From contig CBFCZV010000011.1 in assembly GCA_965602855.1 (NCBI GenBank), forward strand, positions 453 through 64,452: 64,000 nt of DNA. Direction: 5' to 3'. How positions within the stretch are numbered: the first letter of the stretch is position 1; each line of letters starts with the position of its first letter. Made by a program: the position numbers and the translations under genes. The DNA comes from an uncultured Gammaproteobacteria bacterium. GTDB taxonomy: Bacteria; Pseudomonadota; Gammaproteobacteria; SZUA-229. The notes beneath the pieces are model-generated. The model saw only the letters and a program-made list of their open reading frames with translations. It made no database searches and was not told the origin of the DNA. Shown here piece after piece: positions 19,973 through 27,616 of this stretch.

Positions 19973-20401
19973 ATGCAAAACGATAGGGATGTGATTTACA
20001 AACTACTAAATGAGCATGGTGATTTATATCTTGCTTATACAAAGTTGATTTTGTCTTTATCTACTGGCGCAATTGGTTTGTTAACCACATTTAGAAATAA
20101 CTGGGTAAGTGATGGGGATTCATACATAGTAATAGCTCAATTGGCATTAACACTATTTTTAATATCATTTTTTTCGGGTCTTGTGCTACAACATCAACAT
20201 ATGGTTAGACCCAACCAATTAGCCAATAAGGTATTGGATCAAGTAGCAGAGGCAGTTAAGTCAGGCAAAACAAGTGCAATTGATCTACCGCATACGCCAA
20301 GTCGTATTGAGCAAATATCTTACAAATGCCAAATATATACTTTTTACCCAGCTGTTTTAATGGTGGTGCTTTATGTTGTCACAAACATCAACAACCCCTA
20401 A
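19973..20401 (+). CDS. integron cassette ORF, hypothetical membrane protein
   Basis: 142 aa, about 3 hydrophobic helices. Bounded by the core site at 19960 and the attC at 20396. Confidence 0.6.
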   Translation: MQNDRDVIYKLLNEHGDLYLAYTKLILSLSTGAIGLLTTFRNNWVSDGDSYIVIAQLALTLFLISFFSGLVLQHQHMVRPNQLANKVLDQVAEAVKSGKTSAIDLPHTPSRIEQISYKCQIYTFYPAVLMVVLYVVTNINNP

Positions 20402-20485
20402 CAAATCAATCAAGTTCGCCCACACAAAACGTGGGCTGGGACTAGGCGATACAGCCCGCCTAGCCCCTTATTTCAAACGTTATGC
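20396..20485 (+). repeat. attC site (90 bp)
   Basis: CCCTAAC-AAATC-AATCAAG...CTTATT-TCAAAC-GTTATGC. R'' is the complement of the GTTAGGG that opens this cassette. Internal palindromes GCCCAC/GTGGGC and CTAGGC/GCCTAG. Confidence 0.85.
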
Positions 20486-20865
20486 GTCAAAGAATGGATA
20501 CTACTAAGAACATTACGAGGTGGATTGCTCTAATAGGCCTGATAGGTCTCGGTTTATTGTATTTAAATAGTACGGCGTTTAGTTTATGGGCAGCAGGTGG
20601 CCCACCAACTGAAGTACCAAAAGCATGGTTGCAAAGGGCGCTTGTTCAATTCGGCTTTAGTATCGCGTCATTTGCAACAGCAATTTTTGTATTTAAGGTT
20701 TTAAAGCCAAGATTTTCGTTTAAAGGCAAGAAAATCCTTTATGTCTGGTTAATAATTGTGGCAGTGTCTATTAGCTACCCGCCGATAAAGGAGTTCATTT
20801 TAATAGACACCTGTCTTGATTCAGGTGGAAAATGGAGCGAGAAGCACTTTGAATGTAAAAGGTAA
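20482..20865 (+). CDS. integron cassette ORF, hypothetical membrane protein
   Basis: 127 aa, 3 hydrophobic helices, C-terminal CLDSGGKWSEKHFEC. The ATG lies within the core site. Confidence 0.6.
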   Translation: MRQRMDTTKNITRWIALIGLIGLGLLYLNSTAFSLWAAGGPPTEVPKAWLQRALVQFGFSIASFATAIFVFKVLKPRFSFKGKKILYVWLIIVAVSISYPPIKEFILIDTCLDSGGKWSEKHFECKR

Positions 20866-20868
20866 ATC

Positions 20869-20954
20869 GCATAACAAATCGGTCAAGCAGACGGGTAACC
20901 ATATATGTGTTTCCTGAAATATCATCATGCCGCTGCTTACCTCAAACGTTAGGC
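20869..20954 (+). repeat. attC site (86 bp, divergent central region)
   Basis: GCATAAC-AAATC-GGTCAAG...CTTACC-TCAAAC-GTTAGGC. R'' is the complement of the GTTATGC that opens this cassette. L''/L' covary (GGT(C)AAG with CTTACC). Confidence 0.85.
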
Positions 20955-20967
20955 AACATAAAAAAAT

Positions 20968-21363
20968 ATGGATATAGAATCATACAAATTCTGGGATATT
21001 GTTGAGCTTTGGGGTCGTGAGAGGCTAGAGCATGATGTCGTCATAGCTAAAGAATTAGCTATAGGCATTATAAAAGACGGACTTAAGTTTCAGAGTGCAG
21101 ACCCTAATTGGTTAAAGCCCACCGAGGAATTATTGTCATATCCATACGTTGGTTACTCCGCAGTACCCGGCGAGAAAGCAATTATAATAAAAGCAGAGGT
21201 GCTGGAGCATTTACTTGCTGTCTCACTAAATAAACAAGACGCATCTAAATTAATATTACAAGATGAAGCGGTTACTAAAACTGACTTTACGGCATGGCTT
21301 GTTAGAACTGGTCAATCATTCCCCAACTTTTGGTTTTCTAGTGAGAAGCAAGCAAATGCCTAA
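20968..21363 (+). CDS. integron cassette ORF, hypothetical cytoplasmic protein
   Basis: 131 aa. I recognise no motif. Confidence 0.55.
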   Translation: MDIESYKFWDIVELWGRERLEHDVVIAKELAIGIIKDGLKFQSADPNWLKPTEELLSYPYVGYSAVPGEKAIIIKAEVLEHLLAVSLNKQDASKLILQDEAVTKTDFTAWLVRTGQSFPNFWFSSEKQANA

Positions 21364-21413
21364 CAAATCAATCAAGTTCGCCCACAAAATGCGTGGGCTG
21401 GGACTAGGCGATA
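21358..21413 (+). repeat. truncated attC (left half only)
   Basis: GCCTAACAAATCAATCAAGTTCGCCCACAAAATGCGTGGGCTGGGACTAGGCGATA, after which similarity stops. There is no L'/R' half before the next ATG at 21420. Confidence 0.75.
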
Positions 21414-21419
21414 AAAAAT

Positions 21420-21830
21420 ATGAAGCCAGTAATACAACAAGAGTTAACAGGCTGCGGCATTGCAAGTTCAGCTGCAATAGCTGGCATTTCATATAAAAAA
21501 GCTAAAGAAGTTGCAAGCGGTATCGGTATTTACGCTAACGATGCTTCACTCTGGTCAGATTCAAAGCATGTTTGCACATTAGTTAAAAAACTCGGCTTCA
21601 ATACAAATGGTGTAAAAATACCATTTAAAAATTGGCAGTCCTTACCTGCATGTGCATTACTAGCAACTAAATGGCATAAGGAGCAAGGCAAGCCATATTG
21701 GCATTGGGCTGTTTTCATACGTGAAAATAATAATGAATATGTACTTGATTCAAAGAAAGCATTAAAAACAAATAAAAGAACAGACTTTGGTCGTATTAAA
21801 CCTAAATGGTACATAAAGGTAAATGCCTAA
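21420..21830 (+). CDS. integron cassette ORF, stand-alone C39-like (papain-fold) cysteine peptidase domain protein
   Basis: 136 aa. N-terminal QQELTGCGIASSA (Gln plus Cys as in bacteriocin-processing C39 peptidases), later HWAVF and VLDS as candidate His/Asp. Confidence 0.5.
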   Translation: MKPVIQQELTGCGIASSAAIAGISYKKAKEVASGIGIYANDASLWSDSKHVCTLVKKLGFNTNGVKIPFKNWQSLPACALLATKWHKEQGKPYWHWAVFIRENNNEYVLDSKKALKTNKRTDFGRIKPKWYIKVNA

Positions 21831-21914
21831 CAAATCAATCAAGTTCGCCCACAAAAAACGTGGGCTGGGACTAGGCGATACAGCCCGCCTAGCCCCTTAT
21901 TTCGAACGTTAGTA
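21825..21914 (+). repeat. attC site (90 bp), last of the array
   Basis: GCCTAAC-AAATC-AATCAAG...CTTATT-TCGAAC-GTTAGTA. Near-identical to 20396-20485. Confidence 0.85.
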
Positions 21915-22090
21915 GTCAATAACAATGAAAACTAAAACGCTCAAGGACATAGAGCAAGAAGCATATGAGTTCAATACTCAGTTTTGTTCGCAGGAGTAAA
22001 ATATTGGGAAAGGCTTCCCAATCTACATATGATGTTTACGTTAATTCTTTTTTAGGTTCAAAAAATAACCATTAGCTCGAACACTCAAAT

Positions 22091-22705
22091 TTAATTCTGA
22101 TAACTCTGGTTCATCGGCACTCTGATAAAATTTCTCACTACGCCATTGGTATCACGTGTTTGCATACGGGTATTGTCGAGTTGATACTGATAATTCACCA
22201 CCAGTCCGTTATCTTTGGCCTTAAGCGAAATGGCATTTCCCTGAGTTTTAATTAAACCGGTTAAATAATTAGAACGTCCATCACTCCATAAAAATTGTTG
22301 GTTTTTTATGGCTAACATTTCCCCGTGCTGGGTTAGCCATACACCGTTTAGTTTGGCCGGGTTATTATTACCGCAAGATTCATTTACACACGGCGGCTGC
22401 GACCCATGCTGCCTATTCATCGTATTAGGGTTAAACCCTTGCCGCCTGTCAGGTGAATTAAAACCTGGATAATCCGTATATGGATTTGCCATATACGGAT
22501 TATTATAATTAGCTATAAAGTTCGGTGGTATTTTATCGATCATGCCCATGGTTACCATCATATTAAGCATCATTTCGATAAATGGCATATCACCGTTATA
22601 CTGATAAAACTTGGTGCTTGCCTGTAAAGACTGATTAAGCATAAAACTTGTCAGCAACACACCAAGTAAAATTTTCACAGTACTAAAATATTTTTTTGTT
22701 GCCAT
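22091..22705 (-). CDS. hypothetical secreted protein (Asn/Pro/Tyr-rich N-terminal half)
   Basis: 204 aa with signal peptide (FMLNQSLQA). No recognisable domain. Confidence 0.5.
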   Translation of the reverse strand: MATKKYFSTVKILLGVLLTSFMLNQSLQASTKFYQYNGDMPFIEMMLNMMVTMGMIDKIPPNFIANYNNPYMANPYTDYPGFNSPDRRQGFNPNTMNRQHGSQPPCVNESCGNNNPAKLNGVWLTQHGEMLAIKNQQFLWSDGRSNYLTGLIKTQGNAISLKAKDNGLVVNYQYQLDNTRMQTRDTNGVVRNFIRVPMNQSYQN

Positions 22706-22984
22706 TAGTTATTGAGTTTCCAGATATCTTGATTGTATTCCTGCATGGCCATGTCGGTTGAAAAATGACTGCTGCAGCACGGTAGGCACGATTAGCGAGT
22801 AACCCAGATGAAGCATAGCGGAATCCGGGATTACTCTCCATAACTATTAATACTATCCATGCTGCCATCTCCGTCCCACTACAATTCAATTACTCTTGAT
22901 TTAACGTAACAATGAAACGAGGAGTATGGGCACTATCTGCTGGCGTGATATTATGTGAATCTTGCTAACAATCTATAAAACAAC

Positions 22985-23497
22985 ATGACATCTAGAAAGC
23001 TTACTTTTGATGACCATAAAGCCAGCTATTTTAAATTTCCGATTTCTATTCTCACCGACAACATCACCTTAAGCAAAAACATCGGTGCACTATTTCGGCT
23101 TTGTGACGCACTGGGTGTTGAACATTTATATTTAACTGGCGATTCGGCAATCACTTCTGATGCTAAATTTACTAAGGTTTCTCGCTCTACAGAACGTAGT
23201 GTTGCTTTCAGTGCTGAGCAGGATGCTTTTTCCGTCATAGAAACACTAAAGGAGAATGGCTATACGATTATTAGCCTGGAATTAACTACACAAAGTATAA
23301 ATATCCGGGATTTTGATTTTTCTATAGCTGAAAAAATCTGTTTGATTCTTGGAAATGAAGCCAGGGGCGTTGACGACCAATTACTGGCGATGTCTGATCA
23401 CTGTGTTCATATTCCCATGCTAGGCATGAACTCTTCAATGAATGTGATTTGTGCTGCCTCTATCGCATTATTTGAAATCACTCAAAGCATGTCTTAA
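22985..23497 (+). CDS. SpoU/TrmH-family RNA 2'-O-methyltransferase
   Basis: 170 aa. SPOUT motifs LILGNEARGV and IPMLGMNSSMNVICAASIALFE. Confidence 0.75.
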   Translation: MTSRKLTFDDHKASYFKFPISILTDNITLSKNIGALFRLCDALGVEHLYLTGDSAITSDAKFTKVSRSTERSVAFSAEQDAFSVIETLKENGYTIISLELTTQSINIRDFDFSIAEKICLILGNEARGVDDQLLAMSDHCVHIPMLGMNSSMNVICAASIALFEITQSMS

Positions 23498-23593
23498 ATG
23501 ACGTTTTCAATAACAGAACAACAATTATAAATGCCTTATATGCGCGCCTTGCTCTTTTATTCGGCCTCTCCGAGCAATAAAATTACTTTATCG

Positions 23594-23782
23594 CTAAACG
23601 CCGCTCCACCATACTTTTCCATCATCCATCATATTAGTGATATCAGACTGCCTTCGAGGCGCGTTGTTTCGGCTGTCTCCCTCCATATTGTAATGACGAG
23701 TCCTGATTCGCCGCTCAGCACCCGCCCTGCGGTCAAGATTGCCTGCTCTTCGTTCGTTTCTTGTATTTGTTGAGTGCGACAT
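23594..23782 (-). CDS. small arginine-rich hypothetical protein
   Basis: 62 aa. Strong SD (GAGGTGG) 5 nt upstream of the ATG. The overlapping plus-strand ORF (23531-23773) has no SD and an implausible composition. Confidence 0.4.
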   Translation of the reverse strand: MSHSTNTRNERRAGNLDRRAGAERRIRTRHYNMEGDSRNNAPRRQSDITNMMDDGKVWWSGV

Positions 23783-23929
23783 AGCACCACCTCATTACTT
23801 AATTGATTCACACTAATAGTGGGCGCTCAGTCATCATTTAAGTCAAGCGTGTGCTTATTGAATTTTTTTATCCCTTAAGGTCTAATTTTCATACTAAAAT
23901 CACTTTATTCAAAATTAGGAATTAATAAT

Positions 23930-24442
23930 ATGGGTCGATATCGACCACCGCAGAAACCGGGTTCAAAATACATCACACCCGAGGGAAATCAGCGTTTGAC
24001 TGAAGAGCTGGATTTTCTCTGGTTCAAGCGTCGCCCTGATGTGACTCGAGCATTATCAGCTGCTGCGGCTGAAGGCGACCGCTCGGAAAATGCAGAATAT
24101 ATTTATCGTAAAAAAGAGCTACGTGAAATTGATGCGCGGGTTCGTCATTTACGAAAAAGACTGGATGGCATTAAAGTTGTTGATCGCATCCCCGATGATC
24201 AGGATAAGATTTTTTTTGGTGCCTGGGTTCATCTTGTCGATGACAATGATATTGAAAATATTTATCGCATCGTCGGCCCCGATGAGCTTGATCCAAAACT
24301 TAACTACATCAGTATGGATTCACCCATGGGCAAAGTTCTGCTGGGCAAGTCACTGGATGATGAATTCAAGATAAAGCTACCCGAAGGTGAAGCTTTTTAC
24401 ACTATTCTAAATGTCAGTTATTCAGCTATTGAAGAACCTTAG
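23930..24442 (+). CDS. greB: transcription elongation factor GreB
   Basis: 170 aa. ITPEGNQRLTEELDFLW...GDRSENAEYIYRKKELREID...FFGAWV...ISMDSPMGKVLLGK parallels E. coli GreB. Confidence 0.88.
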   Translation: MGRYRPPQKPGSKYITPEGNQRLTEELDFLWFKRRPDVTRALSAAAAEGDRSENAEYIYRKKELREIDARVRHLRKRLDGIKVVDRIPDDQDKIFFGAWVHLVDDNDIENIYRIVGPDELDPKLNYISMDSPMGKVLLGKSLDDEFKIKLPEGEAFYTILNVSYSAIEEP

Positions 24443-24807
24443 GCATTGATATTTTCATCCACAAACTGGCGGATAAATGACAGGGGTTTAGCACCGCTGA
24501 AGCGCGCCTTTTCTTCGCCATTGATAAATAATATTATGGTGGGAAATCCTCTAACACGGTAGTGTCCAGCGAGCTTCATGTTCTCACCATCACCCTCATC
24601 CACTTCCACTTTTGCCAGCAGGAGTTCATCTTCGTACTCAGCAATAAACTGCTGCAAAATCGGCGCGATCACTTTGCAGGGTGAGCACCACTCTGCCCAC
24701 AGATCTACCAGCACCGGTTTCTGGTGTGAAGCTTTGATTACCTTATCTTCAAAATTGTGAACATTGGCGGTAAAAATATGTTCACCTGTTCCGGGCGGAT
24801 GCAGCAT
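24439..24807 (-). CDS. thioredoxin
   Basis: WCSPCK active site. I start at the ATG at 24807 (SD AGAGGT, 5 nt spacing), which removes the overlap with the cupin gene that the track start at 24930 creates. Confidence 0.8.
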   Translation of the reverse strand: MLHPPGTGEHIFTANVHNFEDKVIKASHQKPVLVDLWAEWCSPCKVIAPILQQFIAEYEDELLLAKVEVDEGDGENMKLAGHYRVRGFPTIILFINGEEKARFSGAKPLSFIRQFVDENINA

Positions 24808-24903
24808 GCCTGACCTCTGTATAAAAACGCTATATGAAAATCTCTTAACTACGTATAATCTGTTACCAATAAACCAATGCTGTAGCGAGAGTCGAGCAAG
24901 AAT

Positions 24904-25179
24904 ATGAACGATATTATCATTGAGCACCATCTAACACCCATCAAACTTGAAGTATTGTACGTAGATGAATGGCCAGTCTGGACCAAAGAAGTCTCAAAAT
25001 TTGACTGGGAATACGATAAAACAGAAACCTGCTACATTGCCGAAGGCAAAGCCATCATCACACCTGAAGGTAAAGAGCCACTAACTATCGCACGTGGCGA
25101 TATGGTGACTTTCCCAAAAGGCATGAAATGCGTCTGGGATATTATCGAAGACATCGAAAAACATTATAAATTTGATTAA
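24904..25179 (+). CDS. small cupin-domain protein (DUF861/cupin_3-like)
   Basis: 91 aa. WPVWTKE...ETCYIAEGKAIITPEG...GDMVTFPKGMKCVWDI pattern. Confidence 0.6.
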   Translation: MNDIIIEHHLTPIKLEVLYVDEWPVWTKEVSKFDWEYDKTETCYIAEGKAIITPEGKEPLTIARGDMVTFPKGMKCVWDIIEDIEKHYKFD

Positions 25180-25190
25180 GGATTTTTGTT

Positions 25191-25373
25191 ATGGAACTTT
25201 GGGAACAAATATTACTGGGCGCGATGGGCTTACTCATTGTGTTTTTCTTTTTCCCCGGCATTAAAGCCACCATGGAACGCAGCAAAAATGCGGAAGAAAA
25301 ACACTGGGGTACGCTGCTGTTACTGGCTGCCGTACTCGTTGCCTTTATCGCCTTTCTTGCTTCTACGGTTTAA
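25191..25373 (+). CDS. small two-TM membrane protein
   Basis: 60 aa with two hydrophobic helices. Preferred over the overlapping 25186-25476 ORF, which runs antisense into the next gene. Confidence 0.4.
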   Translation: MELWEQILLGAMGLLIVFFFFPGIKATMERSKNAEEKHWGTLLLLAAVLVAFIAFLASTV

Positions 25374-25415
25374 TAGAAATCAGCCTTGCTCCTCCCAGTT
25401 AACAAGGCTCAAAAA

Positions 25416-26810
25416 CTACATTTTTTCCAGCTCGACCAGCTCTTCTTTAACATCCAGCTTGCCCAGCGCATCATAAAGCGCGGCTTGCAGCGCTTCTTCG
25501 ATCACCGGATGGTAGAAAGGCATTTTTAGCAAATCCTGCACGCTCAAACCCTGCTGTATCGACCAGGCCAGTAGATGCCCCAGATTCTCTCCTTTCACAC
25601 AGGCCATAGCTGCACCCAGCAGGCGACCATCAGCTTTATTAGCATAGACGCGTAACACACCACGATTTTTAGCCATGATCAAGGCGCGACCCACTGGCCC
25701 AAACTGGATTTCACCAATGGCAATATCGGCTTCGTTCAACTCATCGAGCTGGATGCCTACGGTTGCAATATTGGGTTCACAAAAAGTAATACCCAGTGGA
25801 GTTTTGCGCTTGAAAGCCGTAATTTCATCATGCACGGCGTTATAACCCGCCACTCGACCTTCATGCCCCGCTTCGTGCAACAGGGCACGGTCTGCATTGA
25901 CATCACCGGCGATGAAAATAGAAGTATCACCCACCTGCATGGTGTGCGGGTCGTAAACAGGAATGCCGCGAGCATCGAGTTCTATCGATGTATTATCCAG
26001 CCCCAGTTGCTCAAGATTCGGTTTTCTGCCCAGACTGGCCAGTACTTTTTCAACCACCACTGACTTATCAACACAGGTCACTTTGACACCGTCATTGTGC
26101 GGCTCCAGCTCGGCAACAAATCCCAGCCATAACGGGAATTCCTTACCAATAGCATCGACCGCCAGATCACCAACAACCGAATCGGCCAGTTTGGCCACCG
26201 TCTCCATCTGGTCCATACCGGTGACATCAACACCCAGACGACTGAGCGCCTGACCAATTTCCAGTCCAATCGAACCCAGACCAATCACTGCCATGGAGGC
26301 AGGCAGATCTTCCAGCTCAAAAATCTCATCGGTGGTAATGATGTTTTCAGCGAAATTCTGCCATGCAGCGGGAACCACCGGCGTTGTACCCGTGGCTATG
26401 ATGATTTTTTTGGCGCGGATTTCTTCACCATCAACCTCGAGTGTATCGTCCGATATGAATTTGGCATAGCTCTCTAACAAATGAGCTTCATCCAGATTGT
26501 CAGTAGCGCCCAGTGTCCGGTCAAGAAAGGTGTCGCGTAAATCCTGAACGTGTTCCATGGCCTCAGGCACATCAATCTTGAGTGATTCAGCACCTTCGAT
26601 ACCTTCACGCTCAAATATTTTTCTACGATGAAAATCTTCAGCCACCTGTATCAATGCCTTGGAAGGCATACAGCCAACTCGTGCGCAGGTCGTACCCAGC
26701 TCACCGCCATCGATTAAAACGTAGTTATCAGTCTGCTTACGCACCTGTGAAAGCGCGAACAGGCCCGCACTACCGGCACCAATAATGGCAACATCAACTT
26801 CTCTGGGCAT
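25416..26810 (-). CDS. class I pyridine nucleotide-disulfide oxidoreductase (dihydrolipoyl dehydrogenase family)
   Basis: 464 aa. FAD fold VAIIGAGSAG, redox disulfide GTTCARVGCMPSK, NAD fold MAVIGLGSIGLE, C-terminal HP motif (FYHPVIEE). Confidence 0.8.
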   Translation of the reverse strand: MPREVDVAIIGAGSAGLFALSQVRKQTDNYVLIDGGELGTTCARVGCMPSKALIQVAEDFHRRKIFEREGIEGAESLKIDVPEAMEHVQDLRDTFLDRTLGATDNLDEAHLLESYAKFISDDTLEVDGEEIRAKKIIIATGTTPVVPAAWQNFAENIITTDEIFELEDLPASMAVIGLGSIGLEIGQALSRLGVDVTGMDQMETVAKLADSVVGDLAVDAIGKEFPLWLGFVAELEPHNDGVKVTCVDKSVVVEKVLASLGRKPNLEQLGLDNTSIELDARGIPVYDPHTMQVGDTSIFIAGDVNADRALLHEAGHEGRVAGYNAVHDEITAFKRKTPLGITFCEPNIATVGIQLDELNEADIAIGEIQFGPVGRALIMAKNRGVLRVYANKADGRLLGAAMACVKGENLGHLLAWSIQQGLSVQDLLKMPFYHPVIEEALQAALYDALGKLDVKEELVELEKM

Positions 26811-26914
26811 GACTCATTCCTCAATCTTTTTTCAAGGCTGGCACTATAACGGATTTACATATCCAATGACCAGAGTCAGCCATTCAGAATCACATATAAT
26901 TAATAATCAGGCAC

Positions 26915-26940
26915 AAAAAAGCCTGTAAAAACAGGCTTTT
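26915..26940 (-). terminator. rho-independent terminator after the Fur-family gene
   Basis: Minus strand reads AAAAGCCTGT-TTTT-ACAGGCTTTTTT, 25 nt after the stop at 26965. Confidence 0.7.
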
Positions 26941-26964
26941 AGCACCCATGAACAGTTATGGATT

Positions 26965-27396
26965 TTATCTTTGTGCTACCTTGATAACCACATCGGTATC
27001 AACAATACGAAGATCGTGCGGCAAATCGGGGATATTTGCTATCTGAATATCTTCGCTGCCTTCAACATCGCTCAATTCGCCGGTGTCCATATTATAAACA
27101 TGATGATGAGGGCTGCTGTTGGAGTCATAAAAGACTCGTTCACGATCAATCAACACTTCACGAACCAGACCTTTACGAGCAAACAGTCCCATAGTATTGT
27201 ACACCGTGGCTCTTGAAACCTGAGAACCTATAGAGTTCACCTCATCCAGAATACGCTCGGCAGACAGGTGCTGTTGCTTCTGAAAAAGGTAATAAGCAAT
27301 TTCAAGCCGCTGGCGAGTAGGCGTAATGCCATGCTCTCTCAGCAGAACCGAAACATCGTTTTTTTCCAGAGGAAAATGGTTGTTTTTGTCAGTCAT
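26965..27396 (-). CDS. Fur-family transcriptional regulator
   Basis: HGITPTRQRLEIAYYL...SRATVYNTMGLFARKGLV (winged HTH) and an HHH metal-site region. Start placed at MTDKNN. Confidence 0.75.
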   Translation of the reverse strand: MTDKNNHFPLEKNDVSVLLREHGITPTRQRLEIAYYLFQKQQHLSAERILDEVNSIGSQVSRATVYNTMGLFARKGLVREVLIDRERVFYDSNSSPHHHVYNMDTGELSDVEGSEDIQIANIPDLPHDLRIVDTDVVIKVAQR

Positions 27397-27616
27397 TAGG
27401 CGATTATAACTCATTTTTATGGATACTTTAGCCCCCAACAGGCTATGTTATTAAGACTTGATCTAGATCATATTATAATTACTGCTATAATTACCAAAAA
27501 AATAACTAAAACCTTCGGCAATCATGACTATAATCTGTAGCCCATAGGCTCTACCACGGGATATCACTTCATCCTGTACGGAAATAATAACAACTATTTG
27601 GATCTGGTTATAAGGC

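Noticed and set aside
20396-21914. Regularly spaced ~90-bp repeats as a possible CRISPR array
   Set aside because: The repeats are long imperfect palindromes bounded by RYYYAAC/GTTRRRY. The spacers are 380-430 bp complete ORFs, and no cas genes are present. These are integron attC sites.
23531-23773. 80-aa plus-strand ORF
   Set aside because: No Shine-Dalgarno and an odd Ser/Pro/Ile composition. The opposite-strand 62-aa ORF has a strong RBS and was preferred, though with low confidence.
25382-25409. Hairpin AGCCTTG-N14-CAAGGCT between convergent genes as a terminator
   Set aside because: The loop is long, the stem is short, and no U-tract follows on either strand. Too weak to annotate.
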